From: Candidatus Latescibacterota bacterium
GTDB lineage: Bacteria; Latescibacterota; UBA2968; UBA8231
Reading direction: 5' to 3'
NCBI GenBank assembly: GCA_965217585.1
Contig: OZ244561.1
Location: 4,128,001-4,192,000, forward strand
DNA length: 64,000 bases
The position numbers and the translations under genes were made by a program. The notes under the pieces were generated by a model. It was not told the DNA's origin, ran no database searches, and saw nothing but the letters and a program-made list of their open reading frames with translations. Shown here piece after piece: positions 29,449 to 39,635 of the stretch. The stretch's first letter is position 1; each line of letters begins with the position of its first letter.

Positions 29449-30144
29449 ATGAGTAGGACTGTAGAGAAGCTCTTCCGCGCCCCTTATGGGGTGCCCAATG
29501 CGCTGCAAGTAGTAGAAGAAGGACTGTGGATTACCGACCAAATTACCGACCGGGTGGCGCTGATCGAAATCGCCGAGCCGTCTGAATACGGCGTCACCCG
29601 CCTGATCCGCGATATTCCCAGCGAGTCGTCCAATACCAGCGGCATGGCTTGGGGCGGCGGTTCGCTGTGGTTGGCGGCTAATGGGGCGGGTACGCTCTGG
29701 CGGCCCGCACGGCCGACGGACGCTGAGGAGGGAGAAATTTTTGAGGTTGATCCGGACACCGGCGCGACCCGCAATCGCTATCCGGTACCCGGCGGGGGTG
29801 GGGTTCACGGGATGGAGTACGATCCGTTTGAAGAGGGCCATGTGTGGATCACCACCCTCAAGAGCCAGACGCTGAGCAAAGTCAAGATCGCTGGCTGGTC
29901 GGTCGAGCACGTGCTGGATTTGCCCTACGGGCGGGCGCACGGCGTGGTGCGGGTCGCCGACGGCATCTGGGTGGTGCATACGTCCGACCGCGCAATCGTC
30001 AAGCTCGATGTGGAGAGCGGGGCCGAGTTGGATCGAGTTATGGTGCCCGACAGCGACCCCGAGCCGCATGGTCTGTCGATTTTTGGCGAGGATTTTGTCT
30101 ATTGCGACGCCACCTCTGGATGGGTCGTCAAAATTAGTCTGTGA
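29449..30144 (+). CDS. Beta-propeller repeat protein of unknown function
   Basis: Repeated G(M/L/V)xW/Y...(L/V/I)W blade-like units. Confidence 0.65.
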   Translation: MSRTVEKLFRAPYGVPNALQVVEEGLWITDQITDRVALIEIAEPSEYGVTRLIRDIPSESSNTSGMAWGGGSLWLAANGAGTLWRPARPTDAEEGEIFEVDPDTGATRNRYPVPGGGGVHGMEYDPFEEGHVWITTLKSQTLSKVKIAGWSVEHVLDLPYGRAHGVVRVADGIWVVHTSDRAIVKLDVESGAELDRVMVPDSDPEPHGLSIFGEDFVYCDATSGWVVKISL

Positions 30145-30151
30145 GGATGTG

Positions 30152-30967
30152 ATGACGCGCATAGCAACGTCGTCTTGGAGCTTGCACAGGACGTTGGGGG
30201 CGTCGATGTACCAGTGGCCTGACCCCAAGGGCGAGCCGGTGCTGGAAGGGGCCGGGCAGGGGGAACTCACCTTGTTAGAGCTACCGGAGCAGCTTGCCGC
30301 ACGCGGCATCGGTCTGTTAGAGATTTGCCACTTCCACTTCCCGCGACTCGACGATGACTATATCAGCCAGTTGCGTCAGGCACTTGCCGACAGCGGCGTC
30401 GAGCTCTTCAGCGTACTGATTGACGCTGGGGACATCGCGCACCCGGATGCGGCTCAACGCGCAAAGGAAGTAGCTTGGATACGCGAGTGGATGGAGATTG
30501 CCGCTCGCTGCGGTGCGCAGTGTGTGCGGGTGATCGCTGGGGAGGCAAGCGATAGCGAAGCCGTGCAGGTAAGTGCGGCGAATTTGCGGGCATTCGCCAG
30601 CTTTGGTCGCACCTTGGGCATTGAGGTAATGACGGAAAATTTTCGGGCGCTGGGCACGTCGGTCGGGGCGCTCAACGCGGTCCTCGACTTGTGCGACGGT
30701 GAGGTGGGTCTATGCGCTGATTTCGGCAACTTCAAGGGGCCGGACAAGTACCGCGATCTGGCGGCGATTCTGCCGCGGGCGACTTCCGTACACGCCAAGG
30801 CCGACTTCCCCGCAGTGGGCCAGATGGACCGCGAGGATTTTGTGCGCTGTCTCCGGCTGGCTAGTGATGCGGGATTCGCCGGGCCGTACTCGCTGATTTT
30901 TTCTAGTCGAGGCGACGAGTGGGAGGGCATAGAAAAGACGCGGGAAGTGGTCGAGGAATGGCTGTGA
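30152..30967 (+). CDS. Sugar phosphate isomerase/epimerase (AP endonuclease 2 TIM barrel)
   Basis: RVIAG, MTEN, ADFGNF, VHAK. Confidence 0.8.
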   Translation: MTRIATSSWSLHRTLGASMYQWPDPKGEPVLEGAGQGELTLLELPEQLAARGIGLLEICHFHFPRLDDDYISQLRQALADSGVELFSVLIDAGDIAHPDAAQRAKEVAWIREWMEIAARCGAQCVRVIAGEASDSEAVQVSAANLRAFASFGRTLGIEVMTENFRALGTSVGALNAVLDLCDGEVGLCADFGNFKGPDKYRDLAAILPRATSVHAKADFPAVGQMDREDFVRCLRLASDAGFAGPYSLIFSSRGDEWEGIEKTREVVEEWL

Positions 30968-30983
30968 AAGTGAAGGGAAAGGC

Positions 30984-31463
30984 ATGGCTGGCAAGTACTG
31001 GCTCGTCAAGTGCGAGTTCGACGAGTGCTCCTTTGACGAGTTGAAGCAGCGTTCGCAAAGCACGGGTTACTGGCGGGGCGTGCGCAACTATCAAGCGCGC
31101 AATCTCATCCGCGACAATATGGAAAAGGGGGACTTGGCGTTCTTCTATCACTCCAACTGCGACGAGCCGGGGATCGCTGGAATCGCGGTGATCGCAAGAG
31201 CGGGCTACCCCGACCCCAGCCAGTTCGACGACCAGCACCGCTACTACGACGAAAAATCCACCGAGGATGAGCCGCGCTGGTTCTCCTTCGACGTGAAATG
31301 GAAGTGCAAATTCAAAAGGTTTGTCCACCTCGCCGACCTCAAGGCCAACGACAAGCTCGCCGACATGCGGGTGGTGCAGCGGGGCCAGCGGCTCTCGATC
31401 CAGCCGGTCGCCGAGCAGGAGTGGAAGGAAGTCTGCAAGATGGGAGGCGTCAGTACGACGTGA
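30984..31463 (+). CDS. EVE domain protein
   Basis: YWLVKCE, WRGVRNYQARN, FFYHSNC, RLSIQPV. Confidence 0.93.
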   Translation: MAGKYWLVKCEFDECSFDELKQRSQSTGYWRGVRNYQARNLIRDNMEKGDLAFFYHSNCDEPGIAGIAVIARAGYPDPSQFDDQHRYYDEKSTEDEPRWFSFDVKWKCKFKRFVHLADLKANDKLADMRVVQRGQRLSIQPVAEQEWKEVCKMGGVSTT

Positions 31464-31530
31464 TGCGCTGCGAGCGCAAAGAGGAGCGTATGAGGCGGTT
31501 TGAACATGGCGACTAGCAGAACCATTTGCA

Positions 31531-31809
31531 ATGATTCAGTCCTTCGCAAATCGAGATACTGAGCAACTATTCTATACCGAAAACAGCCGCCGTTTTGCGG
31601 CCATATCTCGCGTTGCGTTGAGAAAGCTAATACAGATGAATCAAGCCCGTACTCTCAGCGACCTTGCCATGCCGCCAGGTAATCGCCTAGAAGCTCTCAG
31701 AGGCGACTTGTCTGGTTTTCACTCGATTCGGATTAACGACCAATGGCGCATCATCTTTCGGTGGACCAATGACGGGCCGGAACGGGTGGCCATTGTAGAC
31801 TACCATTGA
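31531..31809 (+). CDS. higB: HigB (RelE/ParE superfamily) toxin
   Basis: [33 protein letters not shown]. Confidence 0.93.
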   Translation: MIQSFANRDTEQLFYTENSRRFAAISRVALRKLIQMNQARTLSDLAMPPGNRLEALRGDLSGFHSIRINDQWRIIFRWTNDGPERVAIVDYH

Positions 31810-31834
31810 CAAGCCCCTTATAACGTCATAGGGT

Positions 31835-32140
31835 GTGGACATGGATGACCCAATTACACCCGGCGAGATCCTACTAGAGGAATACCTCAAGCCCATGGGG
31901 ATTTCGCAGAATGCTATGGCCCGCGCCATCGGTGTCGCCCCACGGGCAATCAACGAAATCGTTCACGCTAGGCGTTCGATTACCCCTGCGATGTCCATTC
32001 GCTTTGGCGCGTTCTTCGATCAGTCCGACGAATTTTGGTACGGGCTTCAAGTCGAGTGCGACTTTCGCAAACTAGCCCGAGAAAAGAAGAGGCTTACCGA
32101 CGGCATCCGTCCGGCTTCGACGCTGAGCCAGACGCGCTGA
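31835..32140 (+). CDS. higA: HigA antitoxin
   Basis: [33 protein letters not shown]. Confidence 0.93.
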   Translation: MDMDDPITPGEILLEEYLKPMGISQNAMARAIGVAPRAINEIVHARRSITPAMSIRFGAFFDQSDEFWYGLQVECDFRKLAREKKRLTDGIRPASTLSQTR

Positions 32141-32394
32141 CTGCGCGACGGTCTCCGGAGGTCAATCGGTCGTTAAGCAGAGCTTCGAGGCTGCCTCGGC
32201 CACGCTACCTACCTGATTGAAGAATGGGAACGACGTTTCCTCGTCGAATTGTCCGCAACTTCGCGGTCTCTTTGTTAGCTAGCTATAGACACGATGACGC
32301 GATTCTGGGCTATCTGCCTAGAGACGGGATGTCCGGCATTTTGCGTTGCCGTTGATAAGCAACCACAGAGATCCATAAGCTAAGGAAAGGCGAA

Positions 32395-32979
32395 ATGGCT
32401 AATTTGCCCCTCGTCGTCCTAATCGGCGACTCGATTCGCATGGGTTATCAGGACCATGTCACCAGCCAGTTGGCGGGCCGAGCCGAGGTTTGGGCACCCG
32501 AACCAAACGGCGGCGATAGCCGCAATGTGCTCGCGCATCTGGACCAGTGGGCTCTCTCTCGCCAGCCGGACCTGGTACACGTCAATTGTGGGTTGCACGA
32601 TTTGAAGAGGGCCTTTGGCGCAGAATCCGAAGTTCCCTTGGCCGAATACGAGGGCAACGTGCGGCAGATACTACAAAGGCTGCAACGCGAATTGAACGGG
32701 GCCGTCGTTTGGGCCTCAACCACGCCGGTGGACGAGACTTGGCACCACCAGAACAAGGGCTTCGACCGCTTGGAGACCGACGTAGAAGCCTACAATGCTG
32801 CTGCCCGCGCCGTGGCGGAGGACTTGGGCGTGCCGATTGACGACCTCTTTGCCGTTGTCCAACGCGAGGGGAAGACGCGGCTTTTGACCCAAGACGGGGT
32901 GCATTTTACCACGGAGGGATCGCAGCTCTTGGGACGTGCAGTGGCCGAGTGCATCTGGGGGCATCTGTCAAACCGCTAA
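32395..32979 (+). CDS. SGNH/GDSL hydrolase
   Basis: IGDSI, NCGLHD, DGVHF. Confidence 0.9.
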   Translation: MANLPLVVLIGDSIRMGYQDHVTSQLAGRAEVWAPEPNGGDSRNVLAHLDQWALSRQPDLVHVNCGLHDLKRAFGAESEVPLAEYEGNVRQILQRLQRELNGAVVWASTTPVDETWHHQNKGFDRLETDVEAYNAAARAVAEDLGVPIDDLFAVVQREGKTRLLTQDGVHFTTEGSQLLGRAVAECIWGHLSNR

Positions 32980-32981
32980 CT

Positions 32982-34856
32982 ATGGAAGCAACCGCAGCGC
33001 AATTAGCACAGACGCGGCAGGAGCGAGCGCAGCAAATCGCCGCAGCCGGGGATATTGGGGTGCTGGGCCGTCGCATCGACACTACGGTATCCGAGGCGCT
33101 AGTCTTGGGGCTTTGGTTGCAAGGCGTCAGGACCTTTTTTTGCGTCTTCGGTCACGGCTCGACCGAGATCGGCGAGGTGTTGCGGATTTATCAGGACGCG
33201 GGGTTGGTGCGCGTCTGTGGGGTCCGCAGCGAGATTGAGGCGTCACACGCGGCCGCGGCGCTGCGCTGGGTGCGCGGCGAAAAGGCCGCGGTCGTCACCT
33301 CGATCGGCCCGGGCGCACTGCAAGCGCTGGCGGCCTCCATTGTTCCGCGCTCGGACGGGTTGGGCGTCTGGTATCTGCTCGGGGACGAGACGACCCAAGA
33401 CGAAGGGCCGAACATGCAGCAGATCCCCGGGAGCGAACAAAACGCCTTCCTGCGGCTGTTTGGCACCATGGCCCGGACGTACTCGCTGCACACACCGCTG
33501 GCGCTTGCCACCGCGCTCCGGCGCGGACTCAACGCGGTGGATCATCCTCATCAGGCCGAGCCGTTTTTCTTGCTCTTGCCGCTCAACGTGCAACCGGCGG
33601 AACTGGCCCGATTCAATTTGGACGAGCTGCCTGTGGGTGCGCCGCCGCCGTTGGGTCCGGCCGCGGATGAGGGTCGCTACGCAGAGGCGGCAGCCGCCAT
33701 TGCCGCGGCTGAGCGCGTCGTCGTCAAGGTTGGCGGCGGTGCGCGTGGGGCCGGGGCGGAGTTGGCCGAATCGCTCGAACTAGCCGATGCGGTAGCGGTG
33801 ACTAGCCCCCTAGTCTCTGGCGTCTTGCCGTACGACCATCCGCGCAACATGACCGTCGGCGGCAGCAAGGGGTCGATCTGCGGCAACTATGCGATGGAGG
33901 AAGCCGACTTCTTGATCGCCGTTGGCTCGCGCTTTGTCTGCCAGTCCGATTCGTCGCGCACGGGCTATCCGCGCGTGCAGGGAGTCGTCAATATCAACGC
34001 CGACCCAGAGACCGCCACCCACTACGGCAAGACCATGGCCTTGGTCGGCGATGCCGCGGGGACGCTGCGGAAATTGAATCACGCACTCAGGGCTAGTGGC
34101 GCACAAAACGGCTCCCCTTCGGCGTGGTTGCGGGCCTGTAGTGACAAGAAGGGGGAGTGGGCGGCGTTTAAGGCCGTGCGCTATCGGAAGTCGGTGCTGT
34201 ACGACGAGACGTGGGACGCGGAGGTGCTGACGCAACCGACGGCCATCAAGGTGGCCACGGATTGGGCGCGCGCCGGCGACGCCGTGTGTTTTTTCGACGC
34301 CGGCGACGTGCAGGCCAACGGCTTCCAAGTAGTAGAGGATGATCGCTTGGGGCGCACCTTTACCGAGACCGGGGCTAGCTATATGGGTTTTGCGGTTTCG
34401 GCGCTGTTGGCCACGGCGGTAGCTGCTGAGCCGTTCTACGGGTTGGCCATCAGCGGCGATGGTTCTTTCACCATGAACCCGCAGGTGCTCATCGACGGCG
34501 TAGAGCACGGAGCTACCGGGTGCATCCTGCTGCTGGACAATCGGCGGATGGGCGCGATCTCGGGTTTGCAACTGGCCCAGTACGGAGCTGAGTGTGGCAC
34601 CCGCGACCGCGTGGCCGTTGACTACGTGGCTTGGGCGAGTGCAGTGGAGGGCGTGGTTGCGTTGGGCGGTGGGTATTCGCCTGAGTCGCTGGAGAGGGCG
34701 TTGGACCAAGCGCGGGCGCACGAGGGCTTGTCGCTGATACACCTCCCCGTTTATTTCGGACCAGACGAGCGCGCAGGCTTGGGGGCCTTTGGCCGCTGGA
34801 ATGTCGGCAACTGGTGCGCCGATACCGAGGCGCTGCGCCACGAGATTGGACTTTAA
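32982..34856 (+). CDS. TPP-dependent enzyme, IolD-like
   Basis: VFGHG, TSIGPG, S.MGF, GDGSF...DN TPP-binding motif. Confidence 0.8.
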   Translation: MEATAAQLAQTRQERAQQIAAAGDIGVLGRRIDTTVSEALVLGLWLQGVRTFFCVFGHGSTEIGEVLRIYQDAGLVRVCGVRSEIEASHAAAALRWVRGEKAAVVTSIGPGALQALAASIVPRSDGLGVWYLLGDETTQDEGPNMQQIPGSEQNAFLRLFGTMARTYSLHTPLALATALRRGLNAVDHPHQAEPFFLLLPLNVQPAELARFNLDELPVGAPPPLGPAADEGRYAEAAAAIAAAERVVVKVGGGARGAGAELAESLELADAVAVTSPLVSGVLPYDHPRNMTVGGSKGSICGNYAMEEADFLIAVGSRFVCQSDSSRTGYPRVQGVVNINADPETATHYGKTMALVGDAAGTLRKLNHALRASGAQNGSPSAWLRACSDKKGEWAAFKAVRYRKSVLYDETWDAEVLTQPTAIKVATDWARAGDAVCFFDAGDVQANGFQVVEDDRLGRTFTETGASYMGFAVSALLATAVAAEPFYGLAISGDGSFTMNPQVLIDGVEHGATGCILLLDNRRMGAISGLQLAQYGAECGTRDRVAVDYVAWASAVEGVVALGGGYSPESLERALDQARAHEGLSLIHLPVYFGPDERAGLGAFGRWNVGNWCADTEALRHEIGL

Positions 34857-34873
34857 CAGCCGGAGGAAATCGC

Positions 34874-35887
34874 ATGAAAATTGCCATGTTGCACGGTCCG
34901 CGCGACTTGCGGATTGAGGATCTGACGCTGGACACGGAGAATTTGGAGGACGACCAGATTTGGGTGGAGACGGAGATTACGGGATTTAAGATCGGCACCG
35001 ACCGCGGCAACTACGAAGGGGCCGAACAGGTGCCCGGGGCACCGGATTTTCCGCGCTGGGTGGGCGACAGCAACCTAGGCGTGGTGCGAGGGGTCGGCAG
35101 CAAGGTCACCAAGTTCGCGGTGGGGGATCGGGTGGTGTCGCGGCATCCCCATCAGTCGGCGTATGTGGCGCGGGACAGCGAGAGCATCGTCGTGGTGCCG
35201 GACGGGGTTGCGGCCGAAGACGCGGTATTCGCCCATTTGTACGCCTTGAGCATGCATTGCTACAGCAAGGCGTTTTTCGCGCCCGGCGAGACCGTGGCCG
35301 TCGTGGGATTGGGCGTCTTGGGGCTGGGGGCGGTGGCGCTAGGCCCGCTTTTTGGCGCGCGAGTAGTGGGGCTGGGCAACAGCTCGGTGCGGCTGGATAT
35401 GGCGCGCGAGATGGGGGCGCACGAGGCTCTGTTGTCGGATGACCCCGAGCTAGCGGCCAAGCTGGACGAATTCACCCACGGGCAGGGGATCGACTTGGTG
35501 ATCCTGACGGCCAACCCTTGGCCGGCGTATCGCACGGCGATGGAAGTAGTCCGAACCAACGGACGGGTGTCCATCGTCAGCTTGCCCGGGCGGGGTGAAG
35601 AACCGCTGGATTTTAATCCGTTGGATATGCGTTGGTTTTACTTCAAGGGCGTTTCGCTCTGCGCCGTCAACGACCAGGCTGGGTCGCTCTTTCCACCGCC
35701 GGACGGAGACCGCTTTGACAACGACAGCCGCTGCACTCACGTGCTCTCGCTAATGCAGGAAGGCAAGCTCCAGCCGAGCCGCTTGGTCACCCACCGGCTG
35801 CACTACTCGGACATGGTGCAAGCCTACGAAATGGCATACCGCCGAGAGAAAAACATGCTCAACGTGGTATTCAACTGGAAGGACTGA
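34874..35887 (+). CDS. Zinc-binding (MDR) dehydrogenase-like protein
   Basis: LHGPRDLRIE, GLGVLG, LVTHR; SD GGAGG. Confidence 0.85.
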   Translation: MKIAMLHGPRDLRIEDLTLDTENLEDDQIWVETEITGFKIGTDRGNYEGAEQVPGAPDFPRWVGDSNLGVVRGVGSKVTKFAVGDRVVSRHPHQSAYVARDSESIVVVPDGVAAEDAVFAHLYALSMHCYSKAFFAPGETVAVVGLGVLGLGAVALGPLFGARVVGLGNSSVRLDMAREMGAHEALLSDDPELAAKLDEFTHGQGIDLVILTANPWPAYRTAMEVVRTNGRVSIVSLPGRGEEPLDFNPLDMRWFYFKGVSLCAVNDQAGSLFPPPDGDRFDNDSRCTHVLSLMQEGKLQPSRLVTHRLHYSDMVQAYEMAYRREKNMLNVVFNWKD

Positions 35888-35893
35888 AGCGCT

Positions 35894-36733
35894 ATGGAGC
35901 TGCTGCCGACGACCAATGCCGACGGGCGGGACGTCGTCCCGATGACCGGGGCCCAGAAGTACCTCTTCGACCTCAAGGGATTTATCGCGTTGCCCGCGCT
36001 GTTGAGCGAAGAAGAGCTGGTGCTGATTCGAGCTCACCAGCATAAGTTCCTCTACGAGCGCGAGTCCCTGCCGCCGGACGAGCGCGACAATCACGGCGGC
36101 CCGTCGCAGATTTTGCTCGACCACCCGGCGGTCGTGGGCGTGCTCAACGAAGTGCTCTCGCATCAGGCGCTGGCCAGCGAAGAGTGCTATGGGTTTCGCT
36201 ACGACCACACCTATACCAGCCATCGCCGAACTGGGCACGACAACTTCGGCCCGCACGGCGGCGGCGGGTACTTCAACTTTCGCGGCAACTCGCACATCTA
36301 CCAGATGCAGCAGGGCAAGGTGCATTCCGGGCTGACGCGAGTGGTGTGGGAGCTCAACGAGGTCGGCGAGGGCGACGGGGGCACGCTCTTTTTGCCGGGC
36401 AGCCACAAGGCCGCCTTCTCCCGGCCCGAAGAGCTGAGCGAGCGCGACAGCTCGCTGTGGGAGAGCTATACCTGCCCGGCTGGTTCGGCGGTGATTTTCA
36501 CTGAAGCCCTGTGCCATTCGGGCACGCGTTGGACCAACCAGCAGTGGGACCGGCTGACCTTGTTTACCTGCTACGACACAGTCAATTCCAAGTGGGGTAA
36601 AGGGTGCCCTGCGCCCGAAGTTGTCGCCTCGTTCCCAGAGAAGCGCCGCACGCTCTTCCGGGGCGTGTGGCACGGGATGAGCGACGTGCCCGGCATCAAC
36701 AAATACTACGAAGCAGCCAACCAAGCTGTTTGA
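35894..36733 (+). CDS. PhyH family dioxygenase-like protein
   Basis: YLFDLKG, PHGG, LPGSHK, IFTEALCH. Confidence 0.8.
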   Translation: MELLPTTNADGRDVVPMTGAQKYLFDLKGFIALPALLSEEELVLIRAHQHKFLYERESLPPDERDNHGGPSQILLDHPAVVGVLNEVLSHQALASEECYGFRYDHTYTSHRRTGHDNFGPHGGGGYFNFRGNSHIYQMQQGKVHSGLTRVVWELNEVGEGDGGTLFLPGSHKAAFSRPEELSERDSSLWESYTCPAGSAVIFTEALCHSGTRWTNQQWDRLTLFTCYDTVNSKWGKGCPAPEVVASFPEKRRTLFRGVWHGMSDVPGINKYYEAANQAV

Positions 36734-36753
36734 GCGTGACGAAAGAATCCTGC

Positions 36754-39480
36754 ATGAGCGAAAAAGTTCTCTTCCTGCTCGATGGCATGGCGTTGGTCTA
36801 TCGGGGCCACTTCGCCCTGATCCGCAACCCGCGCCTGACCTCGAAGGGCATGAACACATCGGCCGTTTTTGCCTTTGCCAACACCTTGCTCTCCATCATC
36901 GAAAAAGGCGCGCCAACGCATATCGCCGTCGTCTTCGACACACCGGAGCCTACCCACCGACACCACAAGTACGAAGAGTACAAAGCCCAGCGCGAGGCGA
37001 TGCCCGAGGATCTGAGCCAAGCACTGCCGTACGTATTTCGGCTCTGCGAGGCGTTTAATATCCCGGTCTTGCGCGAGCCGGGGTGGGAGGCCGACGACGT
37101 GATAGGCACGTTAGCCAAAAAAGCCGAGGCTGAGGGGTTTGCGACGTACATGGTCACGCCCGACAAGGACTACGGCCAGCTCGTTTCCGAGCGGAGCTTT
37201 ATGTACAAGCCGGGGCGCGGCGGCGACGAGGCCGAGGTTTTGGGGGTGCCGGAAATCCTCGCACAATGGCAAATCGAGCGGATCGACCAAGTGGTTGATG
37301 TGCTGGGGCTGATGGGCGATTCGTCGGATAATGTGCCCGGCGTTCCTGGGATCGGCCCCAAGACGGCGCAAAAGCTCATCGCCCAGTACGGTAGCGTCGA
37401 AGAGTTGCTGGCGCACTCCGACCAGCTCAAGGGCAAACAGAAACAGAACGTAGAGGAATACCGGGAACAGGCCCTGCTCTCCAAAGAATTGGTCACCATC
37501 GAGTGCAATGTGCCACTGGACGTGGGACTGGCGGATTTGGTCAAGGCCGAATGGGACCGCCAGAAGCTGGAGGCCCTCTTCACCGAGCTCGAATTCAATA
37601 CGCTGGGCCGGCGGCTCCTCGGCGACGAGTTTAGCGTTGAAAAGGAGCAGGCCCACGGCCCGCTCAAAGGGGTGGCGGATGTAGAGCACGACTATCAGTT
37701 CGTCGATACGCCCGACAAGCGGCGGGCGTTGATCGCGGCGCTGTTGGAGCAGCCAGCGTTTTGCTTTGACTGCGAGACCGATGGTCTCGACGCCCGGCAG
37801 TGCAACCTTATTGGCTTGGCCTTTTCGTGGGCACCGGGCACGGGCCACTACGTGTCAATGCCTAGGGCACGGGCCGAGGTGCTGGCTGTTTTGGAAGAAT
37901 TTCGCCCGGTCTTTGAAAGTGGAGCGAGTGAAAAGATCGGCCACAACCTCAAGTACGATCTCAGCGTCCTCCGTTGGCACGGCATGAGAGTGGAAGGGCC
38001 TTTCTTCGACACGATGCTGGCGGCGACCTTGGCCGAGCCAGAGCTGAGACGCAGCATGGACGAGCTAGCCAAGAGCCTGCTCTCCTACTCGCCCAAACCC
38101 ATATCCGAACTGATCGGCGAGCGCGGTGGTGAGCAGCTAACGCTCTTGCAGGTGCCGGTGGAGCAAGTGGCCGAGTACGCTTGCGAGGATGCGGATATCA
38201 CCTTTCAACTCGCCGCGGCGCTGCGGCCGAAGATCGAAGACATGGATCAGCAGCGCGTTTTTTATGAGGTCGAGGCCCCGCTGCTGCCGGTGCTGGTGGA
38301 CATGGAATTCGAGGGCATCCGCATGGAGACGGCGGCCCTCTCCGCGCTCTCGCGGCAGTTTGAGGAGGCCATCGAACAGGCTGCCGAGCGCGTCTTTGAA
38401 TTGGCCGGGGAGCGCTTCAACCTCAATTCAGGCAATCAGCTAGGCACTATTCTTTTTGAGAAGATGGAGCTGGACCCCAATGCCCGGCGGACGCAAAAGA
38501 CCGGCCAGTACCAAACCAGCGAACAGATCTTGCGTCGGCTGGCCAATCGCCACGAGATTGCGCGGCAGGTGCTCGACTACCGACTGCATACCAAGCTCAA
38601 GTCGACGTATGTCGATCAGCTCCCCGGCGCGGTCTATAAGGCCACCGGGCGCGTGCACACTAACTACGAGCAGCTAATGACCGCCACCGGGCGGATGAAG
38701 TCCGATCGCCCGAATCTCCAGAACATTCCGATTCGTAGCGAGCAGGGGCGGGAAATCCGCCGCGCCTTTGTGCCGCGCAGCAGCGAATACCTGCTCTTCT
38801 CGGCCGATTATTCGCAGATAGAGCTGCGGATCGCCGCCGCGCTCAGCAGTGACGAGGGGATGCTGGACACTTTCAAAAGCGGCGGCGACATCCACGTAGC
38901 TACGGCTGTAAAGATCTATCAAGTCGGCGAGGAGCAGGTGACCGACCAGATGCGCCGTCAGGCCAAGACGGTCAACTTCGGCATCATCTACGGGATCTCG
39001 CCCTTTGGCTTGGCCGAGCGACTCGACATTCCGCGCTGGCAGGCCTCCGAGCTGATCGATCAGTACTTTGACCAGTATCCAGGGGTGCGGCGCTATCTCG
39101 ACGAGACTGTGGAGTTTGCCCGCGACAAGGGGTACGTGGAGACGGTGACCGGGCGGCGGCGCTATCTGCGCGACATCAACTCGCGCAATGCCACCACCCG
39201 CAAGGGAGCCGAGCGCAATGCGATCAATACCCGCATTCAGGGCACGGCCGCGGATATGATCAAGCTCGCCATGAGCCGAATCCACCGGCTGCTACGCGAG
39301 GAAGGGTTTCGCTCGGCGATGCTGTTGCAGGTCCACGACGAGTTGGTCTTTGACTTGCACCAGGACGAGGTAGAGACCCTGCCGCCGCTAGTCGTGCGCG
39401 AGATGCGCGAGGCCCTGCAGATGGAGGTGCCGATAGAAATCGAGATGGGCACCGGCGAGAATTGGCTGGAGGCGCACTGA
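36754..39480 (+). CDS. polA: DNA polymerase I
   Basis: 5'-3' exonuclease (LLDG, EADD, GDSSDNVPGVPGIG), 3'-5' exonuclease (FDCET), polymerase motifs DYSQIELR, KTVNFGIIYG, QVHDEL. Confidence 0.98.
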   Translation: MSEKVLFLLDGMALVYRGHFALIRNPRLTSKGMNTSAVFAFANTLLSIIEKGAPTHIAVVFDTPEPTHRHHKYEEYKAQREAMPEDLSQALPYVFRLCEAFNIPVLREPGWEADDVIGTLAKKAEAEGFATYMVTPDKDYGQLVSERSFMYKPGRGGDEAEVLGVPEILAQWQIERIDQVVDVLGLMGDSSDNVPGVPGIGPKTAQKLIAQYGSVEELLAHSDQLKGKQKQNVEEYREQALLSKELVTIECNVPLDVGLADLVKAEWDRQKLEALFTELEFNTLGRRLLGDEFSVEKEQAHGPLKGVADVEHDYQFVDTPDKRRALIAALLEQPAFCFDCETDGLDARQCNLIGLAFSWAPGTGHYVSMPRARAEVLAVLEEFRPVFESGASEKIGHNLKYDLSVLRWHGMRVEGPFFDTMLAATLAEPELRRSMDELAKSLLSYSPKPISELIGERGGEQLTLLQVPVEQVAEYACEDADITFQLAAALRPKIEDMDQQRVFYEVEAPLLPVLVDMEFEGIRMETAALSALSRQFEEAIEQAAERVFELAGERFNLNSGNQLGTILFEKMELDPNARRTQKTGQYQTSEQILRRLANRHEIARQVLDYRLHTKLKSTYVDQLPGAVYKATGRVHTNYEQLMTATGRMKSDRPNLQNIPIRSEQGREIRRAFVPRSSEYLLFSADYSQIELRIAAALSSDEGMLDTFKSGGDIHVATAVKIYQVGEEQVTDQMRRQAKTVNFGIIYGISPFGLAERLDIPRWQASELIDQYFDQYPGVRRYLDETVEFARDKGYVETVTGRRRYLRDINSRNATTRKGAERNAINTRIQGTAADMIKLAMSRIHRLLREEGFRSAMLLQVHDELVFDLHQDEVETLPPLVVREMREALQMEVPIEIEMGTGENWLEAH

Positions 39481-39635
39481 GGATCTGGCAAAAAATACGA
39501 ACTACGAGCAAGGCCCATTCCCATCGCGCCGAAATGACGGAACCTGCATTGGATGGACCCTTGTGATTGCTTGACGGACCGACTAGACGACAACCGAAGT
39601 AGCTAAACACACAACAGAGAAAGGCACTGGTAATA

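Noticed and set aside
30984-32140. EVE protein plus HigBA as one modification-sensing defence unit
   Set aside because: Stand-alone EVE proteins are widespread, and there is no translational coupling; adjacency alone is not evidence.
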